From an uncultured bacterium (GTDB lineage Bacteria; Armatimonadota; Hebobacteria; CAIYQO01), in the NCBI GenBank assembly GCA_903928345.1, contig CAIYQO010000266.1, positions 2,029 through 66,028 of the forward strand: a stretch of 64,000 bases of DNA. The letters are read 5' to 3'. Position 1 is the first letter of the stretch. The number at the start of each line of letters is the position of its first letter. Shown one piece after another: positions 57,201-64,000 of this stretch. The translations under genes and the position numbers were made by a program. The notes below the pieces were generated by a model that saw only the letters and a program-made list of their open reading frames with translations, was not told the DNA's origin and searched no databases.

Positions 57201-58000
57201 AGGTTGCCCGTCTTCGCGAAGGCGATCTTCCCCCAGCAGGCGGAACTCTGGAAGGTGAAACCGGGGCCGGCCATCACGTCATACAACCACCCGCCGCCCG
57301 CGGAGAGGCCGTCGGGTGTGCTGAAGTTGAGCTGCACGGTGCCGGGCACCAGATCGCCGCCGACGGGGATATGCTTCGCGCCCAGCGTGCTCCACGGGAT
57401 GCGGTATTCGAAGGTGTAGCCCTTGCCGTCCGGCTTGAGCAGGTACGCCGCCTGGTAGAGGTCGTGCGGCACGATGCCGAAAGGCGCCCACGCGGGCCGC
57501 CCCGGCAGGTAGTTCATGCCGGTCTGCACTTCCAGCACGGGCTCCTTGCGGTCGGTGTAGTACCACAGCGTGAAGTGCGCCATCTGGTCGTTGGGCACCG
57601 GATTAAACGTACCCTGCGTCACCGGAAAGCCTTGCGTGGGGTCGAGCACCATGCGGAACTGGCAGGAGTCGCCGTTCCATCCCTTGTCGCCGTTCACTTG
57701 CGGGTCGTTGCGGTTCATCAGCGGCGAGCCGTCGCGCACGTCGCCGGAGAGGTAGACGGCGTCGGCGTCGTACATCATGGCGAACTTCGCGCTGATCTGA
57801 TCGGCGGTCTCCGACACGATATACATGTACAACTGGCCGGATAAATCCCAGTCGTCCAGCTTGCCGTCGATCACCACCTTGCCCGGCACCGGCACGGCGA
57901 AGAGCTTCTTATGCTTCCCCCGTCCGCTGTCCGCCGACGCCGCCAGCGCCAGCAACAGGGCAACGAACAGCACGAGAAAACGCGACAGGGGGATACGCAT
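54257..58000 (-). CDS. giant secreted multidomain protein, type A paralog
   Basis: 1247 aa. Signal peptide. IDGKLDDWDLSG. TVAWDGLDDAGKPVPAGSYTWKG. NHL-like LAVDAAGAIYVANRGKLQNVSVF. C-terminal CBM9-like domain. Confidence 0.8.
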   Translation of the reverse strand: MRIPLSRFLVLFVALLLALAASADSGRGKHKKLFAVPVPGKVVIDGKLDDWDLSGQLYMYIVSETADQISAKFAMMYDADAVYLSGDVRDGSPLMNRNDPQVNGDKGWNGDSCQFRMVLDPTQGFPVTQGTFNPVPNDQMAHFTLWYYTDRKEPVLEVQTGMNYLPGRPAWAPFGIVPHDLYQAAYLLKPDGKGYTFEYRIPWSTLGAKHIPVGGDLVPGTVQLNFSTPDGLSAGGGWLYDVMAGPGFTFQSSACWGKIAFAKTGNLPHEMVEDATPPVPPTPLTFGYDVPADGEVTVQLWSDAGMAVRTLVASAPRKAGHDTVAWDGLDDAGKPVPAGSYTWKGLIHQPLTTKFKLSVHNSGNPPYKTDDNTGGWGGDHGVPECAAAAGNDLLLGWTYCESGWGIIRVDANGKKKWGSKHNAEDLACDGPRFFVRGDNGSEGEHSVKVFDMADARPLNWGNGKPALAAPDGGDAKTNVATGLAYAAGTVYVAWGARNLVAAYDAVSGDLKATWPVPAPGRLAVHPDGRLLVISGGAVLALRDGKATPCVTTHLDAPVSLAVDAAGAIYVANRGKLQNVSVFTAVGKYRRSIGTKGGRPRLGTFSGTGMLEPGGIAVDAQHRLWVAENLDEPRRVSVWDTRKGAIVRDFFGGSNYSTFVWMDPQHADTVYCHGTEWKIDLDKGTWSPVSTCWRSSDPNSPAVPHDLHVITAKNGRQYAWGSLHAKGTVLFMRDKDVFKPYLFYLRSTNGHSLTPWPAYPFMNDIKKYPNGTYIWSDTNRDGIMQDSEMTMIGDDRKAAWNFYPPQWMDANLDLWANGRVYRCLGFDPDGRPRYDFTKPETLAVSNTGGLWTDPRDGTVYTSSPGSTPGLARWSPDGKLRWGYTGTVDWHAAINMPPVTAGKLWGPTMPLGVAGDYTGIATYFGPFHLFTRDGLYVGMVMRDGRLGGGLGADIEACENFVGQLVQPVGSQRYFLLAGDQDGRVTEIRGLDTVQRLPGGMYTHTDADVQRCVQAQAAYAAQLTRTARFEIGRGGRAGLEAAKEVHKVVDATRDFTVRATYDATNLYVQYTVRSPYALANSSADPRLLFKGGNAIDLQFAADPAADPTRKTPAVGDVRLVVTRQDGKPFAVLYRPKVQGFAGDPIVLKSPTGQEAFDAITVASDVKLEYRAGQEEFTAVVTVPLALLGWTPQPGSAVRMDAGYIFAKNAQGTQAALRAYWMNNSFSANVVDDVPNESRLEPANWGTAAVE

Positions 58001-58087
58001 GGCAAAGCACTCCCGGGTGGAATTTCTACGTAGAAAGACACGTTAACGGGGCAAACGTTGCGGGGATCACGACGCCTCGCCGCGCAA

Positions 58088-58255
58088 TTGTCTGAACCGG
58101 GATTTGGGGGGATGAAAGGATTTCCGTGATGGGAGAACGGAATAAGGCTTGCATGGCTGCGAATCACGGGAGGAAATGAGAGGGAATATGGGATTTCTCA
58201 ATTCGTTCCCCCATCATGGAAATCCCTGAATCCCCCCAAATCCCGGTTCAGACAA
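58088..58255. repeat. 168-bp MITE-like element with about 52-nt TIRs (TTGTCTGAACCGGGATTTGGGGGGAT... / ...ATCCCCCCAAATCCCGGTTCAGACAA)
   Basis: Arms at 58088-58140 and 58204-58255 with about 5 mismatches. Lies in the upstream region of gene 54257..58000. Confidence 0.6.
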
Positions 58256-58364
58256 TTCCGATTCCAAGCGCGCCGCGCGGAGCTTGTAGCGGATCGACGG
58301 TTCGTCGGAAGCCAGCATTTGTTTGAGGATCGGTTCCATCGCGCGACCATGTTTCTCGGGAACG

Positions 58365-58946
58365 CTATAAATCCAATCTCCCAGTTCCTGGTACTTTATC
58401 ACTCGTCTCCTCGTAGGTGCCATACACACGAATACGGCAATGCGGGCAATAGACATATGGTTGGCTATTTAGCAAGCTTTCGCAATACAGACAATGATCC
58501 GTTTCCAGCGGGATGACGCGCTGCCGTCGTTCTTCATTGAGCAGATCGACCGACTTGGTTTTCCTGACGAAGGCAAAGTAGAGCAAAAAGCAGGCAGCCA
58601 GGGGGAGCGCGAAGCGCAATACCCAGTTAAGGACTGCCCCGTCAGGACTGACGGGTGATTCCCACTCGACGATGGTTGGGACGATGAAGATGAGCGATGA
58701 GACGCCGGCGATGACTTTCCAAAAGCTGGGTGACGATCGATAGCGCGCGCGCGGATCTGCTCCACATGAGGTGCATTGCCATTCCGCACGCCACCATAAT
58801 GGCACCAATGGAATGAAAAAGAAATGCCAGACCCAGAATGCACGGATTTGTTCGGTGTGTGTTTCGTGCAGGCAGGCGTTACAGAAATCCCGGCGTGTGC
58901 CGATGCACTGCGGTTTGAACCGGTAGATGCCATGGATCAGATGCAT
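58365..58946 (-). CDS. zinc-ribbon (two CxxC pairs at each end) polytopic membrane protein
   Basis: Start MHLIHGIYRF (ATG 58946, RBS GGGAGG). CNAC...CTSC and CLYC...CPHC. About 48% GC. The listed ORF's N-terminal extension was not accepted. Confidence 0.5.
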   Translation of the reverse strand: MHLIHGIYRFKPQCIGTRRDFCNACLHETHTEQIRAFWVWHFFFIPLVPLWWRAEWQCTSCGADPRARYRSSPSFWKVIAGVSSLIFIVPTIVEWESPVSPDGAVLNWVLRFALPLAACFLLYFAFVRKTKSVDLLNEERRQRVIPLETDHCLYCESLLNSQPYVYCPHCRIRVYGTYEETSDKVPGTGRLDL

Positions 58947-59018
58947 GACGGTTGCCTCCCTGGTAGCGACCATATTCCGTATACATGACGGGCATACCTG
59001 CCGCCTCCCCTGTCGTGC

Positions 59019-59051
59019 CCGTAATCGTGCTCGTGCTCGTGCTCGTAATCG
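59019..59051. repeat. hexamer-unit element GTAATCGT(GCTCGT)3AATCGA, the same unit set as 10467-10496
   Basis: Direct sequence identity of the units. Located about 75 nt upstream of the start of the zinc-ribbon gene. Confidence 0.4.
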
Positions 59052-59091
59052 AAAATCCATACAACAACGCGAATCCTCCTCATCCCCAATA

Positions 59092-59190
59092 CTGTTCAAA
59101 TCTGAAAAGTGGCACGGGCGTCCCGCCCGTGGGACCTTCGTCGTGGCCTGGCCGTCTCGGCCATGCCACTTTTCAGATTTGAACGGTATT
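59092..59190. repeat. nested palindromes: 20-nt perfect IR TTCAAATCTGAAAAGTGGCA / TGCCACTTTTCAGATTTGAA, plus inner CACGGGCG-TCC-CGCCCGTG
   Basis: Read directly from the sequence. Confidence 0.45.
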
Positions 59191-59221
59191 GCCGTGATCC
59201 GCAACTGAGCACGCTCAACCA

Positions 59222-59284
59222 TGTTCTCCCATCATGTAAATCCCTTCATCCCCCCAAATCCCGGTTCAGACAATTCCGATTCCA
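59222..59284. repeat. solo copy of the right TIR of the 58088 element plus 11 nt of shared flank (direct repeat of 58204-58266)
   Basis: GTTCTCCCATCATGTAAATCCCTTCATCCCCCCAAATCCCGGTTCAGACAATTCCGATTCCA. No TTGTCTGAACC left end was seen nearby. Confidence 0.55.
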
Positions 59285-59420
59285 TGCCCGGAAGCCCGGG
59301 GGTCTAGGCCCGCGGGGGGAGAATCGTGTATCATAAGGGGATATCATTGGGATCTTCCCCCGTTTCCCCCCTTCCCGCGAGGGAAGGGGTCGGGGGGTTA
59401 GGTCCTACGAAGGAATGTGC

Positions 59421-61097
59421 ATGTCCGACCAGCAGGTCATTTACTCGATGGTGCGCGTAGGGCGGGTGTATCCGCCGGGCAAGCAGGTGCTGCGCGACAT
59501 CTCCCTGGGCTTTTATTACGGCGCTAAGATCGGCGTGCTGGGCCTCAACGGCTCCGGCAAGAGCACGCTGCTGCGCATCATGGCGGGCACCGATCCCGAC
59601 TATCTGGGCGAAACGGTGCGCTCGGAGGGGTACACCACGGGCATGCTGGAGCAGGAGCCCTACCTCGACCCCGCCAAAACGGTGAAGCAGGTGGTGGAAG
59701 AGGCGATGCAGCCGATTGTCGACCTGGTGGCGCGCTACGACGCCGTCTGCGCGTCCTTCGGCGACGACGACGCGGACATCGACGCGCTCATCGACGAGCA
59801 GAGCAAGCTGCAGGAACAACTGGACAAGCATGACGCGTGGACGCTCGATCAGCGGCTGGAAGTGGCGATGGAAGCGCTGCGCTGCCCGCCGGGCGAGACA
59901 GCGGTCAACGTGCTCTCCGGCGGCGAGCGGCGCCGCGTGGCGCTCTGCCGCCTGCTGCTCACCGAGCCGGACATCCTCCTGCTCGACGAGCCGACGAACC
60001 ACCTGGACGCTGAGTCCGTGGCGTGGCTGGAGCGGCACCTGCAGCAGTACAAAGGCACGGTGATCGCCGTCACCCACGATCGCTACTTCCTGGACAACGT
60101 GGCGGGGTGGATTCTGGAACTCGACCGCGGCCACGGCATCCCGTGGAAGGGCAACTACTCCTCGTGGCTGGAGCAGAAGCACGCGCGATTGGCGCAGGAG
60201 AAGAACACGGAAAACAAGCGCCGCCGCACGTTGGAGCGCGAGTTGGAGTGGATTCACCTGTCGCCCAAGGCGCGCCAGGCCAAGGGTAAGGCCCGCGTCA
60301 CCGCGTACGAATCGCTGCTGAGCCAGGAGACGGAACAGCGCCGCGAAGAGCTGGAGATCTTCATCGCCCCCGCGCCGCGGTTGGGCGACGTGGTGATCGA
60401 GCTGTCCGGCGTCACGAAAGCCTACGGCGACCGCCTGCTGCTGGACAACTTCACCGCGTCCATTCCGCCCGGCTCCATCGTGGGCGTGATCGGCCCCAAC
60501 GGCGCGGGCAAAACGACGCTGCTGAAGCTCATCACCGGCGCGGTGGCACCCGACGCGGGGGAGATCACCATCGGCAAAACGGTGCAACTGGCCTGCGTGG
60601 ATCAGTCGCGCGAGACGCTGAACGACGCACGCACGGTGTGGGAAGAGATCTCCGGCGGGCAGGAATTCCTGCAACTCGGCCCGCGCTCGGTGAACTCGCG
60701 CGCCTATGTGTCGAGCTTCAACTTCCAGGGCACCGACCAGCAAAAAACGGTGGGCAACCTCTCCGGCGGCGAGCGCAACCGTGTGCACCTGGCGAAGATG
60801 CTCGCGCAGGGGGCCAACGTAATTCTCTTCGACGAGCCGACGAACGACCTGGACATCAACACGCTGCGCGCGCTGGAAGAGGCCATCGAGACCTTCGCCG
60901 GCAGCGCGGTGGTGGTGAGCCACGACCGCTGGTTCCTCGACCGCGTGGCCACGCATATCCTGGCCTTCGAGGAGGACGGCAGCGTCACTTGGACCGAGGG
61001 GAACTTCTCCGACTACGACGCCGCGCGCCGCACCCGGATGGGCGTCGCCGCCGACACCCCGCATCGCCTGACCTATCGCCGGCTGACGCGGGACTAA
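59421..61097 (+). CDS. ettA: energy-dependent translational throttle ABC-F ATPase EttA
   Basis: Collinear with E. coli EttA throughout as recalled ([16 protein letters not shown].., [26 protein letters not shown]). Confidence 0.9.
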   Translation: MSDQQVIYSMVRVGRVYPPGKQVLRDISLGFYYGAKIGVLGLNGSGKSTLLRIMAGTDPDYLGETVRSEGYTTGMLEQEPYLDPAKTVKQVVEEAMQPIVDLVARYDAVCASFGDDDADIDALIDEQSKLQEQLDKHDAWTLDQRLEVAMEALRCPPGETAVNVLSGGERRRVALCRLLLTEPDILLLDEPTNHLDAESVAWLERHLQQYKGTVIAVTHDRYFLDNVAGWILELDRGHGIPWKGNYSSWLEQKHARLAQEKNTENKRRRTLERELEWIHLSPKARQAKGKARVTAYESLLSQETEQRREELEIFIAPAPRLGDVVIELSGVTKAYGDRLLLDNFTASIPPGSIVGVIGPNGAGKTTLLKLITGAVAPDAGEITIGKTVQLACVDQSRETLNDARTVWEEISGGQEFLQLGPRSVNSRAYVSSFNFQGTDQQKTVGNLSGGERNRVHLAKMLAQGANVILFDEPTNDLDINTLRALEEAIETFAGSAVVVSHDRWFLDRVATHILAFEEDGSVTWTEGNFSDYDAARRTRMGVAADTPHRLTYRRLTRD

Positions 61098-61101
61098 CGA
61101 C

Positions 61102-61197
61102 GCGTCACTCGTCATCGTAACGCGTTATCGTCGTCGAAATCGGTCGTCTGTCCGTCCGATTACGATAACGCGTTACGACGACGATGACGATTAATGG
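61102..61197. repeat. hairpin-forming repeat built from CGTCG and TAACGCGTTA units. A related direct copy lies at 61990-62058.
   Basis: Shared blocks ACTCGTCATnGcGTTATCGTC and GATAACGnGnTACGACGACGAnnCGATT at both ends of the comB-like gene. Confidence 0.4.
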
Positions 61198-61205
61198 GAT
61201 AACAC

Positions 61206-61991
61206 ATGACTAATCCTTGCACCCATCTCACCCGCGGCACCGCCGGGTGCGCGCTGGCGGTGCGCGACGGCGCGGTGGCAATCGTGGTCGACGCATTGCG
61301 CGCCAGCACCACGTTGGCCGTGTTGCTGGCGCACGGCGCGGCACGCATCCTGGTGGTGGCGCGCGTGGAGGATGCCCGCGCGCTGGCGGAGACGTTGCCC
61401 GACGCGCTGCTGGTGGGCGAGCGCGGCGGCGAGCGCCTGCCCGGCTTTCACCTGGGCAACAGCCCGCTGGAGGTGCTCGCCTCGCCGCGCATGGACGGGC
61501 GCACGGTAGTCTTCACCTCCAGCAACGGGGCGCAACGCCTCACCGCGAGCTGCCTGGCCGACCGGGTGCTGGTGGGTAGCGTCGCCAACGCCTCCGCGGT
61601 GGCGACCTTCGCCCGCCCCTACGCCGACGCCACGGGCCGCGACGTAGTGTGCGTCGCCGCCGGCAAGTATCCCGACGAAACGTACGTCTCCCCCGAGGAC
61701 GAAGCCACCGGCGCCTACCTGGCGCTGCGCATCGGCCTGCCCTTCGCGGAGGACAGCCAGGCCGACGCCGACGCCTGGGAGCGCCGGCTGGTGCTCGACG
61801 GCCTGGAGTCGATCTTCCGCGCCTCCCGCCACGCCCAACGGCTGATGGAGATCGGCTACGGCGAGGACGTCCTCTACTGCACGCGCCCCGACACCGTCAC
61901 CGCCGTCCCCACCGTCACCGCCGTCGTCACCCTGCACAACCGCGACATCGGGGTGGAGCTGGTGGCGCTGGCCCCCAATCGTCCCGCGTAA
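61206..61991 (+). CDS. 2-phosphosulfolactate phosphatase (ComB)-family protein
   Basis: IVVDALRASTTL motif typical of the ComB family. 261 aa. Confidence 0.65.
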   Translation: MTNPCTHLTRGTAGCALAVRDGAVAIVVDALRASTTLAVLLAHGAARILVVARVEDARALAETLPDALLVGERGGERLPGFHLGNSPLEVLASPRMDGRTVVFTSSNGAQRLTASCLADRVLVGSVANASAVATFARPYADATGRDVVCVAAGKYPDETYVSPEDEATGAYLALRIGLPFAEDSQADADAWERRLVLDGLESIFRASRHAQRLMEIGYGEDVLYCTRPDTVTAVPTVTAVVTLHNRDIGVELVALAPNRPA

Positions 61992-62058
61992 CTCGTCATG
62001 CGTTATCGTCACTCGAATACCGAGTGACGATAACGAGATACGACGACGACTCACGATT
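61990..62058. repeat. repeat copy with perfect 15-bp hairpin CGTTATCGTCACTCG-AATAC-CGAGTGACGATAACG
   Basis: Related to 61102-61197. Confidence 0.4.
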
Positions 62059-62233
62059 GGGCGTCGTCCTCTTTCCCCCGGTCGAACCGCACGCGCTCGT
62101 GCACGAATTCGGCGCACATGGGCAGGCCGTCTTCGATCTTCACCTCGCGCAGCGTGCCGAACCGCCAGCGGCGCAACTGCTGCAAAAACCGCATCTCGAT
62201 CGGATGCACTTCCACCAACATTCGTTGCATCAT
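62051..62233 (-). CDS. hypothetical 60-aa protein
   Basis: AGGAGGTG RBS 6 nt upstream of the ATG. Candidate promoter TTGACA-18-TATGCT (62301-62330, minus). GC3-rich codons. Confidence 0.4.
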   Translation of the reverse strand: MMQRMLVEVHPIEMRFLQQLRRWRFGTLREVKIEDGLPMCAEFVHERVRFDRGKEDDAQS

Positions 62234-62403
62234 TCCACCTCCTGCACTCGTTACTCGTCAATCAGTACTCGGCTTGGCCAATACATACATACCGTCGCCT
62301 AGCATAGCAAACATTTGTTTCATTTGTCAAGAGGGGCGCCGGGATAAGTTATCCACAGCGTGGGGATGAGGTGTGGTTAATGGCCGCGATGCCCCCGTAT
62401 AAC

Positions 62404-62447
62404 GCAAAAACGCGTGTGACCCCGGCGAAAAGCCGGGGTCACACGCG
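62404..62447 (-). terminator. intrinsic terminator of gpmI
   Basis: CGCGTGTGACCCCGGC-GAAAA-GCCGGGGTCACACGCG, followed on the minus strand by a T-run. Confidence 0.6.
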
Positions 62448-62469
62448 ATGTATCCATGTAAAAGCGCTA

Positions 62470-64000
62470 TTACCGCGCCACCAGCTCCGCCGCCCCCACG
62501 TTGACGACGCTCGGGTCGTAATCCGCCGGGGCCTGGAAACCGAGCAGGTTGAGCACCGTGGCGGCCAGGCTGCTGATGCCCAGGCCGGGGATTCCGCTGA
62601 GCGTCACCTGCGCCGTGCCGGCGGGATCGTAAATATACACCGGCACGGGGTTGAGCGAGTGCGCCGTCTTCACCTTGCGCTTGCCCGTCTCCGGGTCCAC
62701 CGGCACCGCGCCGGTCTTCTTCAGGTGCTCGAACATGTCATCCGCGTTGCCGTGGTCGGCGGAGATAACCAGGATACCCCCGGCGGCCTCCACCGCGGGC
62801 AGCAGGCGCCCGAGGCACAGGTCCACCGTCTCCACGCCGATCTGCGTCGCCTGATACACCCCCGTGTGCCCCACCATGTCGCCGTTCGGGTAGTTCAGGC
62901 GGATGAAGCGGTAGTCGCCGCTCGCGATGGCCTTGAGCACGTAGTCGGTGATCTCCGCTCCCTTCATCCACGGGCGCTGCTCGAAGGGCAGGATGTCGGA
63001 GGGGATCTCCACGTAGTCCTCCAGCGCCGCGTCGAACTTGCCGGAGCGGTTGCCGTTGAAGAAGTACGTCACGTGCCCGAACTTCTGCGTCTCGCTGATG
63101 GCGAGCTGCTTCACCCCCGCGTGCACCAGGAACTCCCCCACCGTGCGGTCGATGGCAGGCGGGTCCACCAGGAAGTTCGTCGGCAGTTTCAAGTCGCCGT
63201 CGTACTGCATCATCCCCGCGTAGACCACCCGCGGGCGCACGCCGCGGTCGATCTTGGTGAGGCTGTCGTCCTCGAAGGCGCGGGTGATTTCGATGGCCCG
63301 GTCGCCGCGGAAGTTGAAGAAGACCACGCTGTCGCCGTCGCAAATCGGCCCGACGGGTTGCCCGTGCTCGGCGACCACGAAGGCGGGCAGATCCTGATCG
63401 ATCACGCCCGGCTTCTCGGCGCGGAACGCCGTGATGGCTTCCCGCGCGGAGGCGAACTGCCGCCCCTGGGCGTGCACGTGGGTGTCCCACCCGCGCTGCA
63501 CCATCGACCAGTCGGCGCCGTAGCGGTCCATGGTGATATACATGCGCCCGCCGCCCGAGGCAATGCGGAAATCCACCCCGCCCGCGTTGCAGTCGGCCAG
63601 GAAGGCTTCGAACGGATCGACGTAGTCCAGCGCGGAGGTTTCCCCTACGTCGCGGCCGTCGAGCAGGATGTGCACGCGGGCGCGGGTGACCCCCTCGGCC
63701 TGCGCCTGAACCAGCATGGCACGCAGGTGATCCAGGTGGCTGTGCACGTTGCCGTCGCTGAAGAGGCCGATGAAGTGCAGCACCGAACCGTTCGCTTTAC
63801 AGTTGGCGATCAACTGCTGCCACACCGCGCCGCGGAACATGGCGCCGGACGCGATGGCCGCGTTCACCAGCTTGGCCCCCTGCGCAAAGACGCGCCCGCA
63901 GCCGATGGCGTTGTGCCCCACCTCGCTGTTGCCCATGTCGTCGTCGCTGGGCAGCCCCACCGCCGTGCCGTGCGCCTGCAATTCACTATAAAGCGCGTGC
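62470..64000 (-). CDS. gpmI: 2,3-bisphosphoglycerate-independent phosphoglycerate mutase, N-terminus beyond the window
   Basis: GNSEVGHNAIG, DGRD, SADHGN motifs. About 35 N-terminal residues are missing. Confidence 0.85.
   Translation of the reverse strand, partial: HALYSELQAHGTAVGLPSDDDMGNSEVGHNAIGCGRVFAQGAKLVNAAIASGAMFRGAVWQQLIANCKANGSVLHFIGLFSDGNVHSHLDHLRAMLVQAQAEGVTRARVHILLDGRDVGETSALDYVDPFEAFLADCNAGGVDFRIASGGGRMYITMDRYGADWSMVQRGWDTHVHAQGRQFASAREAITAFRAEKPGVIDQDLPAFVVAEHGQPVGPICDGDSVVFFNFRGDRAIEITRAFEDDSLTKIDRGVRPRVVYAGMMQYDGDLKLPTNFLVDPPAIDRTVGEFLVHAGVKQLAISETQKFGHVTYFFNGNRSGKFDAALEDYVEIPSDILPFEQRPWMKGAEITDYVLKAIASGDYRFIRLNYPNGDMVGHTGVYQATQIGVETVDLCLGRLLPAVEAAGGILVISADHGNADDMFEHLKKTGAVPVDPETGKRKVKTAHSLNPVPVYIYDPAGTAQVTLSGIPGLGISSLAATVLNLLGFQAPADYDPSVVNVGAAELVAR

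Noticed and set aside
58088-58255. Autonomous IS or transposase associated with the TTGTCTGAACC termini.
   Set aside because: No transposase-like ORF lies in or near any copy, and the elements are 100-170 bp. Treated as non-autonomous MITE-like elements.
58214-58456. 80-aa ORF downstream of the zinc-ribbon gene.
   Set aside because: Its 3' half is the translation of the MITE terminal repeat and its 5' part overlaps the zinc-ribbon CDS in another frame.

Overview
High-GC (about 68-70% by eye) bacterial chromosomal segment with dense, mostly non-overlapping genes on both strands. The lineage is likely one that carries many prepilin-type N-terminal/LamG 'pseudopilin-like' proteins (Armatimonadetes-, Verrucomicrobia- or Planctomycetes-like); no search was run, so this is inference. 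Recognisable housekeeping genes: argF, ettA and a second ABC-F ATPase, pilT, a secreted msrA-msrB fusion, gpmI (truncated by the window end), a YifB/ComM ATPase, an OmpR/HK two-component pair, an NSS transporter, GH35 and GH42-like glycosidases, a Zn-ADH plus Gfo/Idh/MocA pair, a class II aldolase, a comB-like phosphatase, and divergent tRNA-Ala(GGC) and tRNA-Arg(CCT). Two things stand out. (1) Seven paralogous genes for giant secreted multidomain proteins (CBM9-like ends, FlgD-Ig-like module, NHL/beta-propeller-like core) occupy about 30% of the window, arranged in adjacent type-A/type-B pairs; this is a candidate undescribed cell-surface system. (2) The intergenic regions hold several families of long inverted or tandem-unit repeats (MITE/REP-like). 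One family, with TTGTCTGAACC termini, brackets a low-GC cassette encoding a zinc-ribbon membrane protein. I also found a 57-codon 2x[4Fe-4S] ferredoxin gene (GTG start) that the ORF track missed, a 30-aa membrane peptide after the NSS transporter, an uncharacterised three-gene membrane operon, and low-GC islands encoding secreted proteins. All coordinates and translations were worked by hand from the sequence. Family and domain names are recalled from motifs, not from database hits.
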